25,023 bases of DNA from IMG/VR virus record IMGVR_UViG_3300024513_000080, positions 1-25,023 of that record. One strand, 5' to 3'. Shown piece after piece: positions 8,972-17,126 of the stretch. Source of the stretch: a virus (lineage: Duplodnaviria > Caudoviricetes). Every line of letters starts with the position of its first letter. Within the stretch, counting starts at the first letter, position 1. Position numbers and translations under genes: made by a program. The notes under the pieces were generated by a model. It did not search any database. It saw nothing but the letters and a program-made list of their open reading frames with translations, and was not told the DNA's origin.

Positions 8972-9456
8972 TGGATCCGATCACCGCCTTCACCGTCGCG
9001 AGCACTGCGTTCGCCACCGTCAAGAAGATGGTGGCTGCTGGCCGTGAGGTGCAGGACGTCGCTGGTCAGATCGGCAAATGGTTCGGAGCCGTCACCGAGT
9101 TCAACCGCTCGGTCAACGTCCAGGCCAACAAGAAGCCGTCGATCTTCAAGCGAGTCCTGGACCAGGGGAGCATCGAGCAGCAGGCGCTCGAGATGACGAT
9201 GCGTCGTCAGGCGATCCGCAAGCAGGAGTACGAACTCAAGATCCTCATCATCGCCAAGTACGGCGAGAACGTCTACAACGAGATGATGATGGATCGCATT
9301 CGGCTTCGGAAGGAGCAGGAGAAACGCGAGCGAGAACACGCCAAGCGCAGGGAAGACTTCCGGCTGAACGTGCTCTACGGCTCCGCCATTGCGGTGATGT
9401 CCGCCGCTGTGATCTGGCTCACGGTGTTCCTGTTCGACTATGCACAGAAGAAATGA
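8971..9456 (+). CDS. Membrane-anchored coiled-coil protein
   Basis: Likely start is the GTG at 8971, overlapping the upstream TAG (MDPITAFTVASTAFATVKK); charged helix followed by a C-terminal TM (AIAVMSAAVIWLTVFLF); 161 aa. Confidence 0.7.
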   Translation: MDPITAFTVASTAFATVKKMVAAGREVQDVAGQIGKWFGAVTEFNRSVNVQANKKPSIFKRVLDQGSIEQQALEMTMRRQAIRKQEYELKILIIAKYGENVYNEMMMDRIRLRKEQEKREREHAKRREDFRLNVLYGSAIAVMSAAVIWLTVFLFDYAQKK

Positions 9457-9929
9457 TGTTCAAAGCACCACCCCCTACCGCGAGTCGGTCTGAGCGCGAG
9501 GCATACGTCAAGGGTCTTGCCGCATTCTCCATCTCGATCTTCGCTCTACTCCTGGCTATCAACGGAATGTTCGGCAGCAGCAACTCTGGTCGCGTTCTGA
9601 ACAAGACGATCGAGGCCAACAACCTGTGGACTTGGTATGGAACAAAGAATGTTAGAGCGACGATTCATGACACGGTTGGTTCGAAGGAGGAGGTGGTCCG
9701 CCTCAAGACTGACATGGAAGAAATTCAGTCCAAAGCTCGTCAGTCCGAAGCGGATCGTGATGCGGCGAAGAACAAGTCGCCTTGGTATTCCTACGCTGGC
9801 ATGGCCCTCCAGCTATCTATTGTTCTTTCGTCGGCTGCGATCCTCGCCGTCTCGATGATCCTGTTCTATTCGTCTTTGTTGGTGGGCGGCTTTGGTGCCG
9901 TCCTGTTCTTTGTTGCACTTGGAGCATGA
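9453..9929 (+). CDS. DUF4337-like membrane protein
   Basis: Likely start is the ATG at 9453 or 9456, overlapping the upstream TGA. One TM, then ANNLWTWYGTKNVR, a coiled coil, LQLSIVLSSAAIL and further TMs: the DUF4337 pattern (recall). Confidence 0.7.
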   Translation: MMFKAPPPTASRSEREAYVKGLAAFSISIFALLLAINGMFGSSNSGRVLNKTIEANNLWTWYGTKNVRATIHDTVGSKEEVVRLKTDMEEIQSKARQSEADRDAAKNKSPWYSYAGMALQLSIVLSSAAILAVSMILFYSSLLVGGFGAVLFFVALGA

Positions 9930-9930
9930 C

Positions 9931-10260
9931 ATGCAGAAGTTCCTTTCCGTCATCGGTAGCCGCTGGTTCCAGTTCGCCCTGATCCCCCTGGTCGTCCTGG
10001 TCTGGTTCGTTGTGACCGACCCCAGTGGTGGTGCCGATACGGCGCTGCGTGTCCAGTTGTGGGCGCAAGCCCTCCTGGTCACCGGCCTGGCCTACCTGAT
10101 CGCCAAGGCCATGCTTGGTCGTGCTTCCAGCGAAGCCCTGTACGACAGGGCTCTCAACGAAGGTAGCTTCGGCGCAGGCGTTGCGTACATGGGCATCTGC
10201 CTCCTGCGCGCCCTGGTGCTGATCGGCCTGCTGCTGTTCTTCGCCCAGGTTCAGAGGTGA
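9931..10260 (+). CDS. Putative holin (about 3 TM helices)
   Basis: ATG at 9931 after a GGAG SD; 109 aa with three hydrophobic segments; immediately upstream of the endolysin. Confidence 0.65.
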   Translation: MQKFLSVIGSRWFQFALIPLVVLVWFVVTDPSGGADTALRVQLWAQALLVTGLAYLIAKAMLGRASSEALYDRALNEGSFGAGVAYMGICLLRALVLIGLLLFFAQVQR

Positions 10261-10263
10261 TCC

Positions 10264-10968
10264 GTGTTGCGCTGGTTGCTGACCTCTCTGCTCGCCTTCG
10301 GGCTTGGTTGCGCCAGTTCGCAGCCGGTGGAGACGTTCATCCCCGAAAGGGCAAAGGAACACCTCCCGACGCTCAGCGCCCAGGTCAAGGACGTCTGGCC
10401 TACGATGCCCACGCCGAACTACTTCGCGGCCCTGATCGAGCACGAAAGCTGTATCAGTCTCAAGCACTCCCGGTGCTGGGCACCAACTTCTCGGCTGAAG
10501 TCTGACCGGGAGGAGGGTGCTGGATTGGGTCAGTTGACTCGCGCATTCAACCAGGACGGCAGCGTCCGGTTCGACGCCTTGGCCGACAGCCGCCGCCTGG
10601 ATCCCCGTGGGCTCAACGAGCTGCGCTGGGAGACGGTTTACCAGCGTCCTGACCTCCAGATGCGGGTGATCGTCCTGATGACCAGGGATGCCTACAACCG
10701 GCTGGTCAAGCTGGTGCCGGATCACTTGCACAGGCTGGCTATGGCTGATGCCGCCTACAACGGCGGGATCGGTGGCCTGCTCAACGAGCGCCGTGCCTGC
10801 GGTCTGAAGTCCGGATGCAACCCGAACGTCTGGTTTGGCAACGTCGAGCACACCTGCCTGAAGTCCACCAAGCCGCTGTACGGCAACCGCAGTGCCTGCG
10901 ACATCAATAGACACCATGTACACGATGTCCTGCTGACCAGGATGCCGAAGTACCAGGGGAAGGTCTGA
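10264..10968 (+). CDS. Endolysin, SLT-type lytic transglycosylase with an N-terminal export signal
   Basis: SD GAGGTG; catalytic IEHES, GAGLGQLT and AYNGGIG motifs of the SLT/GH23 fold; hydrophobic N-terminus MLRWLLTSLLAFGLGC. Confidence 0.85.
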   Translation: MLRWLLTSLLAFGLGCASSQPVETFIPERAKEHLPTLSAQVKDVWPTMPTPNYFAALIEHESCISLKHSRCWAPTSRLKSDREEGAGLGQLTRAFNQDGSVRFDALADSRRLDPRGLNELRWETVYQRPDLQMRVIVLMTRDAYNRLVKLVPDHLHRLAMADAAYNGGIGGLLNERRACGLKSGCNPNVWFGNVEHTCLKSTKPLYGNRSACDINRHHVHDVLLTRMPKYQGKV

Positions 10969-11459
10969 TGCTGAAGATCCTGGATCTGGTTCCTAGCTGG
11001 GTATGGGCGGCGCTGGTCGCCCTTTTCGCGTTACTGGCCGGGATCTCCTACGTTCGGATGCACAGCGCGAAGGCCGAGCTGGCGGACTACCGCGCAGAGG
11101 TCGCAGAAAATACACGCCGAGCTGAGGCTGAGGCTCGAGCCAAAGAACAAGCAATGCGTCAGCAAGCTGAAAGGGTCTCCAATGAGCAAGCACAGAAGCA
11201 GGAAGTTCTCAATCGCCGGATTGCTGCTACTGAGTCTGTTGCAAGCAGCCTGCGCGACCAGATCCTCCGACTCAATTCCGGTACAGCCCCCACAGACCCC
11301 GAGTCTGCCGCCCTCTTTGAGCAAGCCCGTACCGCAAGAGAGCTTCTTGGAGCGTGCGCAGGCAGATATACGGACGTGGCTCGATCGGCTGACCAACTCA
11401 GAGACCAAGTGAGCGGGCTGCAAGACTTCGTCGGCAGCGTCTGTCACGCAGCAAAGTAG
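10968..11459 (+). CDS. Rz: Inner-membrane spanin (Rz-like, DUF2514-type)
   Basis: N-terminal TM, long Ala/Glu/Arg coiled coil, C-terminal Cys residues; follows the endolysin; contains an embedded lipoprotein ORF. Confidence 0.85.
   Translation: MLKILDLVPSWVWAALVALFALLAGISYVRMHSAKAELADYRAEVAENTRRAEAEARAKEQAMRQQAERVSNEQAQKQEVLNRRIAATESVASSLRDQILRLNSGTAPTDPESAALFEQARTARELLGACAGRYTDVARSADQLRDQVSGLQDFVGSVCHAAK
11182..11412 (+). CDS. Rz1: Outer-membrane spanin lipoprotein (Rz1-like), embedded in Rz in the +1 frame
   Basis: 76 aa: basic N-terminus, hydrophobic IAGLLLLSLLQAAC ending in a lipobox-like Cys, Pro-rich linker PVQPPQTPSLPPSL; purine-rich SD (AAAGGG) upstream; same arrangement as lambda Rz/Rz1. 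Confidence 0.8.
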   Translation: MSKHRSRKFSIAGLLLLSLLQAACATRSSDSIPVQPPQTPSLPPSLSKPVPQESFLERAQADIRTWLDRLTNSETK

Positions 11460-11467
11460 GGCACCAC

Positions 11468-13093
11468 ATGGCACTGATCGGAATCAAGGGCTTCAACGGC
11501 ATGAAGCCGATCTCCAACCCAATCCTCTTGGATTCGGGTGAGGCGCAGCTTGCCCGTAACGTCAAGCTGATCTCCGGTGCCATCTCTGCGCTCAAGGGCA
11601 CGACCACTCTCAAGGCCACCACCTCTGCCTCGCCGCAGACGATCTACCGCTACGGCACCAGCGCGACGGAGACCAACTACTGGCTCGAGTTCCCTGGTGA
11701 TGTGGATGTCGTGCGCTCACCGATCGTGGCCGATCAGTACGATCGCCTGTATTGGACTGACGGTGTAGCTCCTCGCTACTCGCCCAACAACCTGATCTTG
11801 TCTGGCGCGAGCTATCCGGGGGCGTCATACCTGCTGGGCATCCCGAAGCCAACGACGGCTCCCACGGTCACGGCATCTACCGCTCCGACGGAAGCTGTTC
11901 ACACCGAGAGCCGCACCTACGTCATCACGTACGTGTCCGCGTTCGGCGAAGAAGGGCCTCCGTCCAACGCCTCTGCTGTTGTCTCGATCAACAACACCCA
12001 GCCGGTCACGGTCAGCATCCCGGGCAACCCAGGTGGCAACCGCAACCTGACGCTCAAGCGGATCTACCGCTCTTCGGCTACTGGCGCTCAGGCGTACTTC
12101 CAGTTCGTGGCTGAGGTTCCGATCGCCACGACGAGCTACACCGACAGCAAGACTCAGGCAAGCCTGGGAGAAGTACTCGGCACAGAGGACTGGGTAGAGC
12201 CTCCTGCTGGCCTGAAGGGGCTGCGGATGATGGCCAACGGCGTGGCTGTTGGCTTTGTCGGCAACACCGTCTACATGTCCGAGCCGTACCTGCCTCATGC
12301 CTGGCCGCATGAGTACCCGGTGGATGCTGACATCGTGGGCCTTGGCACCTTCGGTCAGACGGTTGTGGTGCTGACCAGAACCTTCCCGTATCTGCTGCAA
12401 GGCGTGGATCCGTCGGCCATGTCCACGACCAAGATGGAGCTGCGGCAAGCCTGCGTCTCCAAGCGATCGATCGTGGAGACCGGTGACGGCGTGATGTACG
12501 CATCGCCTGATGGCCTGGTGTCGATCGGCGGCAGCGGTGTCCAGGTGGTCACCCAGAACATCCTGTCGCGGGAGCAGTGGCAAGCCTACAAGCCGGACTC
12601 GATCCTGGCCTTCCTCTACAACGGAAGGTGGCATGGGTTCTACAACACCGGCTCTGAGCGTGGCCTGCTGATCTTCGACTTCACCGGTCAGGGCGCGTAC
12701 ATGACCGTGTCAGACCTTGGGTCTGGCGGAGCTCAGCCGATCGTCTCTGGCTTCCAGGATGCGTCTACGGACACCCTGTACCTGGTGCAGGGGGCGAACA
12801 TTGTTCGCTTCGATGCCGGGACAAACCTGCCGTACCTGTGGCGCTCGAAGGTCTTCCGCGCCCCGCAGCATGTGAACTTCTCTGTGGCTCAGGTTCGAGC
12901 CTCGGCCTATCCGGTGCAGTTGAAGGTCTATGCGGATGGCGCTCTCAAGCTGACGAAGAGCGTGGCGTCAGAGGCTCATTTTCGTTTGCCAGCCGGGTTC
13001 AAGGCCCTGGACTGGTACGTGGAGATCGAGGGCACAACTGATGTGACCGAGTTCTACATGGCGACGTCTGTTGCGGAGCTGATGCAGGTATGA
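11468..13093 (+). CDS. Podoviral tail nozzle / packaged-DNA stabilisation protein
   Basis: 541 aa; motifs RTYVITYVSAFGEEGPPS, SEPYLPHAWP, QACVSKRSIV, VMYASPDGLV and YLWRSKVF resemble 933W-like phage tail hub proteins (recall); beta-propeller-like composition. Confidence 0.8.
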   Translation: MALIGIKGFNGMKPISNPILLDSGEAQLARNVKLISGAISALKGTTTLKATTSASPQTIYRYGTSATETNYWLEFPGDVDVVRSPIVADQYDRLYWTDGVAPRYSPNNLILSGASYPGASYLLGIPKPTTAPTVTASTAPTEAVHTESRTYVITYVSAFGEEGPPSNASAVVSINNTQPVTVSIPGNPGGNRNLTLKRIYRSSATGAQAYFQFVAEVPIATTSYTDSKTQASLGEVLGTEDWVEPPAGLKGLRMMANGVAVGFVGNTVYMSEPYLPHAWPHEYPVDADIVGLGTFGQTVVVLTRTFPYLLQGVDPSAMSTTKMELRQACVSKRSIVETGDGVMYASPDGLVSIGGSGVQVVTQNILSREQWQAYKPDSILAFLYNGRWHGFYNTGSERGLLIFDFTGQGAYMTVSDLGSGGAQPIVSGFQDASTDTLYLVQGANIVRFDAGTNLPYLWRSKVFRAPQHVNFSVAQVRASAYPVQLKVYADGALKLTKSVASEAHFRLPAGFKALDWYVEIEGTTDVTEFYMATSVAELMQV

Positions 13094-16008
13094 GCCGCGA
13101 GACCCAAGTACCGGCGATCCCGGCCCCATCCGACAGCAACGTCGTCCAGGCGCTTCAGGCGATCAAGAGTTCGCTTGACGTCCGAGAGGGTCGACTTGGT
13201 GATCCGCTCGATCAGTTTGTCAGCCTGCGCGAGCTGAAGGCGCTCGGTCTTGCGAAGGATGGTTCGACCACCCTAGCCCCCGTTGGCGGAACCGGCAAGC
13301 TGCCGGTCGTAGGCAATGGTGGTGGCGTCTTTGGCCCAGACCCTTACGACGAGACCACAGATCTCACAACACCTCCTGCTCCGGGCGGGCTGACGGCCAC
13401 CTCCACGTTCTCGACCATCGTCCTGGAGTGGACTGGCGCGGCGTACAGCAATCACAGCTACACAGAGGTGTGGCGCAGCGCCACCAACGTTCTTGGCTCT
13501 GCCGTCTTGATCGGCACGACTATTGGCTCGATCTTCTCTGATCCTGTCGGCAAGACGAGTCAGACGTATTACTACTGGATCCGGTTCGTCTCGATGGCGA
13601 ATGTCATTGGGCCTTACAACGCCACCAGCGGCACCGCTGCAAGCACCAGCATGATTGGTGGTCAGGATCTGTCGAACCTGATCATCACAGCCGAGAAGAT
13701 CGCCAATGGCTCAATCGACCTTGGTGGAAACAAGATCTATGGACTGCTCAAGAACGCGAACATGGAGGTCATTACTGACCCAACCAAGATCGCGGACTCA
13801 CTGATCGGAAACACCAAGCTCGTTGACCTTGCGATCACAGCAGGCAAGATTGCCAACGGAGCTATCGACCTGGGCGGCACCAAGATCACTGGTCTGTTGG
13901 CAAACGCCAACATGGCGGTGATTACGGATCCGACCAAGATTGCCGATGGCCTGATCGGCAACACCAAGTTGGCGAACCTTGCAATCACTGCTGGGAAAAT
14001 TGCCGATGGTGCGATCGACCTGAGCGGAAGCAAGATCACTGGATTGCTGGCAAACGCCAACATGGCAGTGATCAGCGATCCCACGAAGATCGCCGACTTC
14101 ATCATCAGCAACACGAAGCTGGCAGATCTGGCCGTCACGGCGGGAAAGATCGCGTCTGGCGCTGTCACGCTAACCAAGTTTGCGTCTGGCATTGAGCCAG
14201 TGACGATTGTGACCGGCGCGCTGCCGACGACCAAGAGCACAGAGACCATCGTCTTCAGCGGCAAGCTGTATCGCTGGAGTGGTACGGCGTATACCGCAGC
14301 CGTAGATACATCAGACCTCAGCGGCACCATCACGGACGCCCAGATTGCCGGGGTCAATGCAACCAAGATCGCCGGTCAGATCACGACAACGCAGATCAGC
14401 GATGACGCCATCAGCACCCCGAAGCTGGCTGCTGGGGCCATCACTGCGGCAAAGATCGCGGCAGGCACGATCCAGGCAAGCAACATTGCAGCCGGTGCAA
14501 TTACCGGCGACCGCATCGCCGCAAACACCATCACAGGCAGCAACATCGCTGCGGACACGATCACTGCGGCGCAAATTGCGGCAGGGGCCATCAGCGCATC
14601 TGAGCTTGCCGCTGGAGCTGTGACGGCTGGCAAGATCGCGGTCAACGCGATCATCGCTAATGATGGCGTGATTGCCAACGCCGCAATCACGAACGCACTG
14701 ATTGCGAATACTGCTGTTGGGACTGCTCAGATCCAGGACGCAGCCATCACGTCCGCGAAGATTGCCAGTCTGGCTGTTGGTACCGCCGCCATTCAGACTG
14801 GAGCGATCACAAATGCGTTGATTGCCAACCTTGCTGTAGGCTCCGCGCAAATCCAGGACGCGGCCATCACATCTGCGAAGATTGCCAATCTGGCTGTTGG
14901 CACGGCAGCGATTCAGACAGGCGCGATCACTACAGCTCTGATTGCCAACTTAGCCGTCGGCTCTGCACAGATTGCTGATGCGGCTATCACATCTGCGAAG
15001 ATTGCCAATCTGGCTGTTGGCAACGCGGCCATCCAGAACCTTGCGGTCACCAACTCCAAGATCGCTGACCTGGCTGCGGACAAGATCACAGCCGGAACCA
15101 TCACGGCGGCAATCGACCTTCGCTCTCCAATTGTCCGCTCGGGAGCCGTGCTTCCTGGCAATGCTGGCTTCTACCTGGGTGACTACGGCGGGGTCAATCA
15201 GTTCTACATCGGCAACGGATCGACCGGTATCAACGGTCGTTCTCTTCAGTTCGACGGCACCAACGCGATTGTGCGAGGAGGTATCTACGCCTACTTCGGC
15301 ACGATCGGCTCGATCCTGATTGACGCCAACGGCATCTCGTCATCGAACTACGTCAGCGGCCTGACCGGCTTCTCGCTGAACCAGTCTGGCGCAGCAGAGT
15401 TCAGCAACGTCACGGTTCGCGGCAGCGTCTTCTCTACCAATGGACAGATCGGCGGCATCAACATCACCGGCGGCGGACTGTCGTCGAGCAACTTTGGCGC
15501 TGGCACAGGCTGGTCAATTACCGGCACTGGCAACGCAACCTTCAACAACATCTACGCTCGTGGCGACATCGAGGCGTCAACGCTGAAGGCCAACACGGTG
15601 ATGGTCAACACCCTGAACATTCAGGGCGGATCCGTGACCGCGATGAACATTGCAAGCGGATCTTCTGGCTCCCTTTCCTTTGGAAACACAGCAAGCACGG
15701 TAGTCGCTCTTGGGCTGACGATGGCGGGCGGGTCTAGCGGCGTGACCGTGATTGTCACGCTGAATGCGATCAGCTCTGGTGGCGGCTCAACGATGGGCAT
15801 CTACATCCGGCGCAACACAGTCCTGATCTCGTCTTCTGCGGTGTCCGTGCTCGACGCTCAGACATCTTCGTTTGTCGCCACTGCATTCGATCCATCGCCG
15901 CTGGATGGCTACAACGTCTACACGGTTGACCTCGTCAACCAGGGGCCCGGGTCTGGAACATTTACCTACAGCGCGGTCTCGCTGATCGCATCCGGTGGCA
16001 AGCGATGA
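13090..16008 (+). CDS. Tail fibre / tail tip protein with tandem repeats
   Basis: 972 aa; ATGA overlap; N-terminal helical anchor, FN3-like domain (TEVWRS..YYYWIRFVS..GPYN), long 10-aa-periodic shaft, AEFSNVTVRG/ATFNNIYARG motifs and a C-terminal beta domain. Confidence 0.85.
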   Translation: MSRETQVPAIPAPSDSNVVQALQAIKSSLDVREGRLGDPLDQFVSLRELKALGLAKDGSTTLAPVGGTGKLPVVGNGGGVFGPDPYDETTDLTTPPAPGGLTATSTFSTIVLEWTGAAYSNHSYTEVWRSATNVLGSAVLIGTTIGSIFSDPVGKTSQTYYYWIRFVSMANVIGPYNATSGTAASTSMIGGQDLSNLIITAEKIANGSIDLGGNKIYGLLKNANMEVITDPTKIADSLIGNTKLVDLAITAGKIANGAIDLGGTKITGLLANANMAVITDPTKIADGLIGNTKLANLAITAGKIADGAIDLSGSKITGLLANANMAVISDPTKIADFIISNTKLADLAVTAGKIASGAVTLTKFASGIEPVTIVTGALPTTKSTETIVFSGKLYRWSGTAYTAAVDTSDLSGTITDAQIAGVNATKIAGQITTTQISDDAISTPKLAAGAITAAKIAAGTIQASNIAAGAITGDRIAANTITGSNIAADTITAAQIAAGAISASELAAGAVTAGKIAVNAIIANDGVIANAAITNALIANTAVGTAQIQDAAITSAKIASLAVGTAAIQTGAITNALIANLAVGSAQIQDAAITSAKIANLAVGTAAIQTGAITTALIANLAVGSAQIADAAITSAKIANLAVGNAAIQNLAVTNSKIADLAADKITAGTITAAIDLRSPIVRSGAVLPGNAGFYLGDYGGVNQFYIGNGSTGINGRSLQFDGTNAIVRGGIYAYFGTIGSILIDANGISSSNYVSGLTGFSLNQSGAAEFSNVTVRGSVFSTNGQIGGINITGGGLSSSNFGAGTGWSITGTGNATFNNIYARGDIEASTLKANTVMVNTLNIQGGSVTAMNIASGSSGSLSFGNTASTVVALGLTMAGGSSGVTVIVTLNAISSGGGSTMGIYIRRNTVLISSSAVSVLDAQTSSFVATAFDPSPLDGYNVYTVDLVNQGPGSGTFTYSAVSLIASGGKR
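13684..14133 (+). repeat. Three 150-bp (50-aa) tandem repeats in the tail fibre
   Basis: Units start at 13684, 13834 and 13984 (ITAxKIAxGxIDLxGxKIxGLLxNANMxVIxDPTKIAD..IxNTKLxxLA); a partial fourth starts at 14134. Confidence 0.95.
14683..15042 (+). repeat. Three 120-bp (40-aa) tandem repeats in the tail fibre
   Basis: AITxALIANxAVGxAQIxDAAITSAKIAxLAVGxAAIQ repeated three times; the DNA atcacatctgcgaagattgccaatctggctgttggca is identical near 14866 and 14986. Confidence 0.95.
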
Positions 16009-16610
16009 AATTTGCAGCGTTTTACGACGAGTCGGGCACCGTCAAATACGTTTTCGGCTTCCCAGAGGACAGCCCTCCGCCCAACGATAAGCCTTGGGTA
16101 GAGGTCAACTCACCCGTTATGGCCGACGATGGCTGTGTTCGTGACGGCGCATGGGTTGCCTACACGCCCGAGGGTGCCGCCAGAAAAGCTGTCCCACCCC
16201 TGCACCCGGCCACATGGAACCCTGGCGCCGAGCAGTGGGTGGATGCGCGAACGCCTGATGCGCTGAAGGCGGACAAGTGGGCCGAGATCAAGGCTGCTCG
16301 AGATGCAGCCGAGCATGGCGGATTCACCTGGGACGGGTCGGTGTTCGACTCTGACCCGGAGTCACAGACCAAGATCGTCGGGGCCACTCAGCTCGCCAAC
16401 ATGAACCCTGCGTCGTTCTTGATGGACTGGACGCTCAAGGACAATACCGTACGGACGCTGACAGGTGCGCAGATGATCTCGGTGGGCCAGGCCCTGGCGG
16501 TACACGTCAACGCTCAGCACGTCCTGGGCAGAACCCTTCGGCAGCAGATCGAAGCGGCCACAACTGCCGCCGAGGTCAACGCCATCCACTGGCCCGACGA
16601 CACCCCGTGA
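16005..16610 (+). CDS. Tail fibre assembly chaperone, DUF4376-like
   Basis: 201 aa; ATGA overlap with the fibre gene; motifs KWAEIKAARD...GGFTWDG..FDSDPESQ, WTLKDNT..L and IEAATTAAEVNAIHW. Confidence 0.85.
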   Translation: MKFAAFYDESGTVKYVFGFPEDSPPPNDKPWVEVNSPVMADDGCVRDGAWVAYTPEGAARKAVPPLHPATWNPGAEQWVDARTPDALKADKWAEIKAARDAAEHGGFTWDGSVFDSDPESQTKIVGATQLANMNPASFLMDWTLKDNTVRTLTGAQMISVGQALAVHVNAQHVLGRTLRQQIEAATTAAEVNAIHWPDDTP

Positions 16611-16675
16611 CCAGAGACAATTGCGGCGTGACGACCTTCAATCACAACCAGACCTATCAGTAGAAACCCTAAGCA

Positions 16676-17122
16676 ATGCGGGACGCCAAAACGATCTCTC
16701 TGCTGCACAGGTTCTTCAGGGACGACCCTGATGCGGTGCAGCTCGCACTCATGTTGACCCGAATCGCTGACGTTTGGGATGACCTGATCGACAAGGACGC
16801 CGAGGTCACGCCGTCAGACATCAACGAAATGATGTGGCTCGCCCTGTCTGGGGTGAACCGCAACGCCTTCTTCCGCAATCACTGCTCTGAGCTTCTGCCG
16901 CTGATGGAGACCTCGATCCTCAACTGGCTGGCTTCCGACGAGCTGAAGGCGAACCACGGGCAGAAGGGTGTCGAGATCGCCAACGTGATCCGGCACAGCC
17001 TGTGTGATCTGTTTGTTCATATGGCACGAATCATCGGCGGCTTCGAGTGGGCTGTGTCGGTGACTCCTGAGATCAGGATGCTTGCACAGAACGACACACT
17101 CGAAGAGTTTTTGAAAGGGTAA
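16676..17122 (+). CDS. All-helical protein with a DDxxD motif (class I isoprenyl-transferase-like), function unknown
   Basis: 148 aa with host-like codon usage; helix ending in WDDLIDKD (16775-16798); sits directly upstream of the first ejection protein. Confidence 0.7.
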   Translation: MRDAKTISLLHRFFRDDPDAVQLALMLTRIADVWDDLIDKDAEVTPSDINEMMWLALSGVNRNAFFRNHCSELLPLMETSILNWLASDELKANHGQKGVEIANVIRHSLCDLFVHMARIIGGFEWAVSVTPEIRMLAQNDTLEEFLKG

Positions 17123-17126
17123 GACT

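Noticed and set aside
9078-9452. N-terminal extension of the DUF4337-like ORF (likewise the 8884 and 9892 starts)
   Set aside because: These overlap upstream genes with non-protein-like sequence; coupled starts at 8971, 9453 and 9931 fit better.
10257-10505. 82-aa alternative-frame ORF over the endolysin start
   Set aside because: It has a GTGA overlap but no motif or TM, and the SD spacing favours the GTG at 10264.
9817-10923. 368-aa minus-strand ORF
   Set aside because: Antisense shadow of the holin/endolysin genes, expected from high-GC codon bias; no recognisable motifs.
13684-15042. Repeats as a CRISPR array or DGR template/variable repeat
   Set aside because: They are in-frame coding repeats differing mainly at synonymous sites, with no spacers, no adenine-specific mismatch pattern and no reverse transcriptase in the window.
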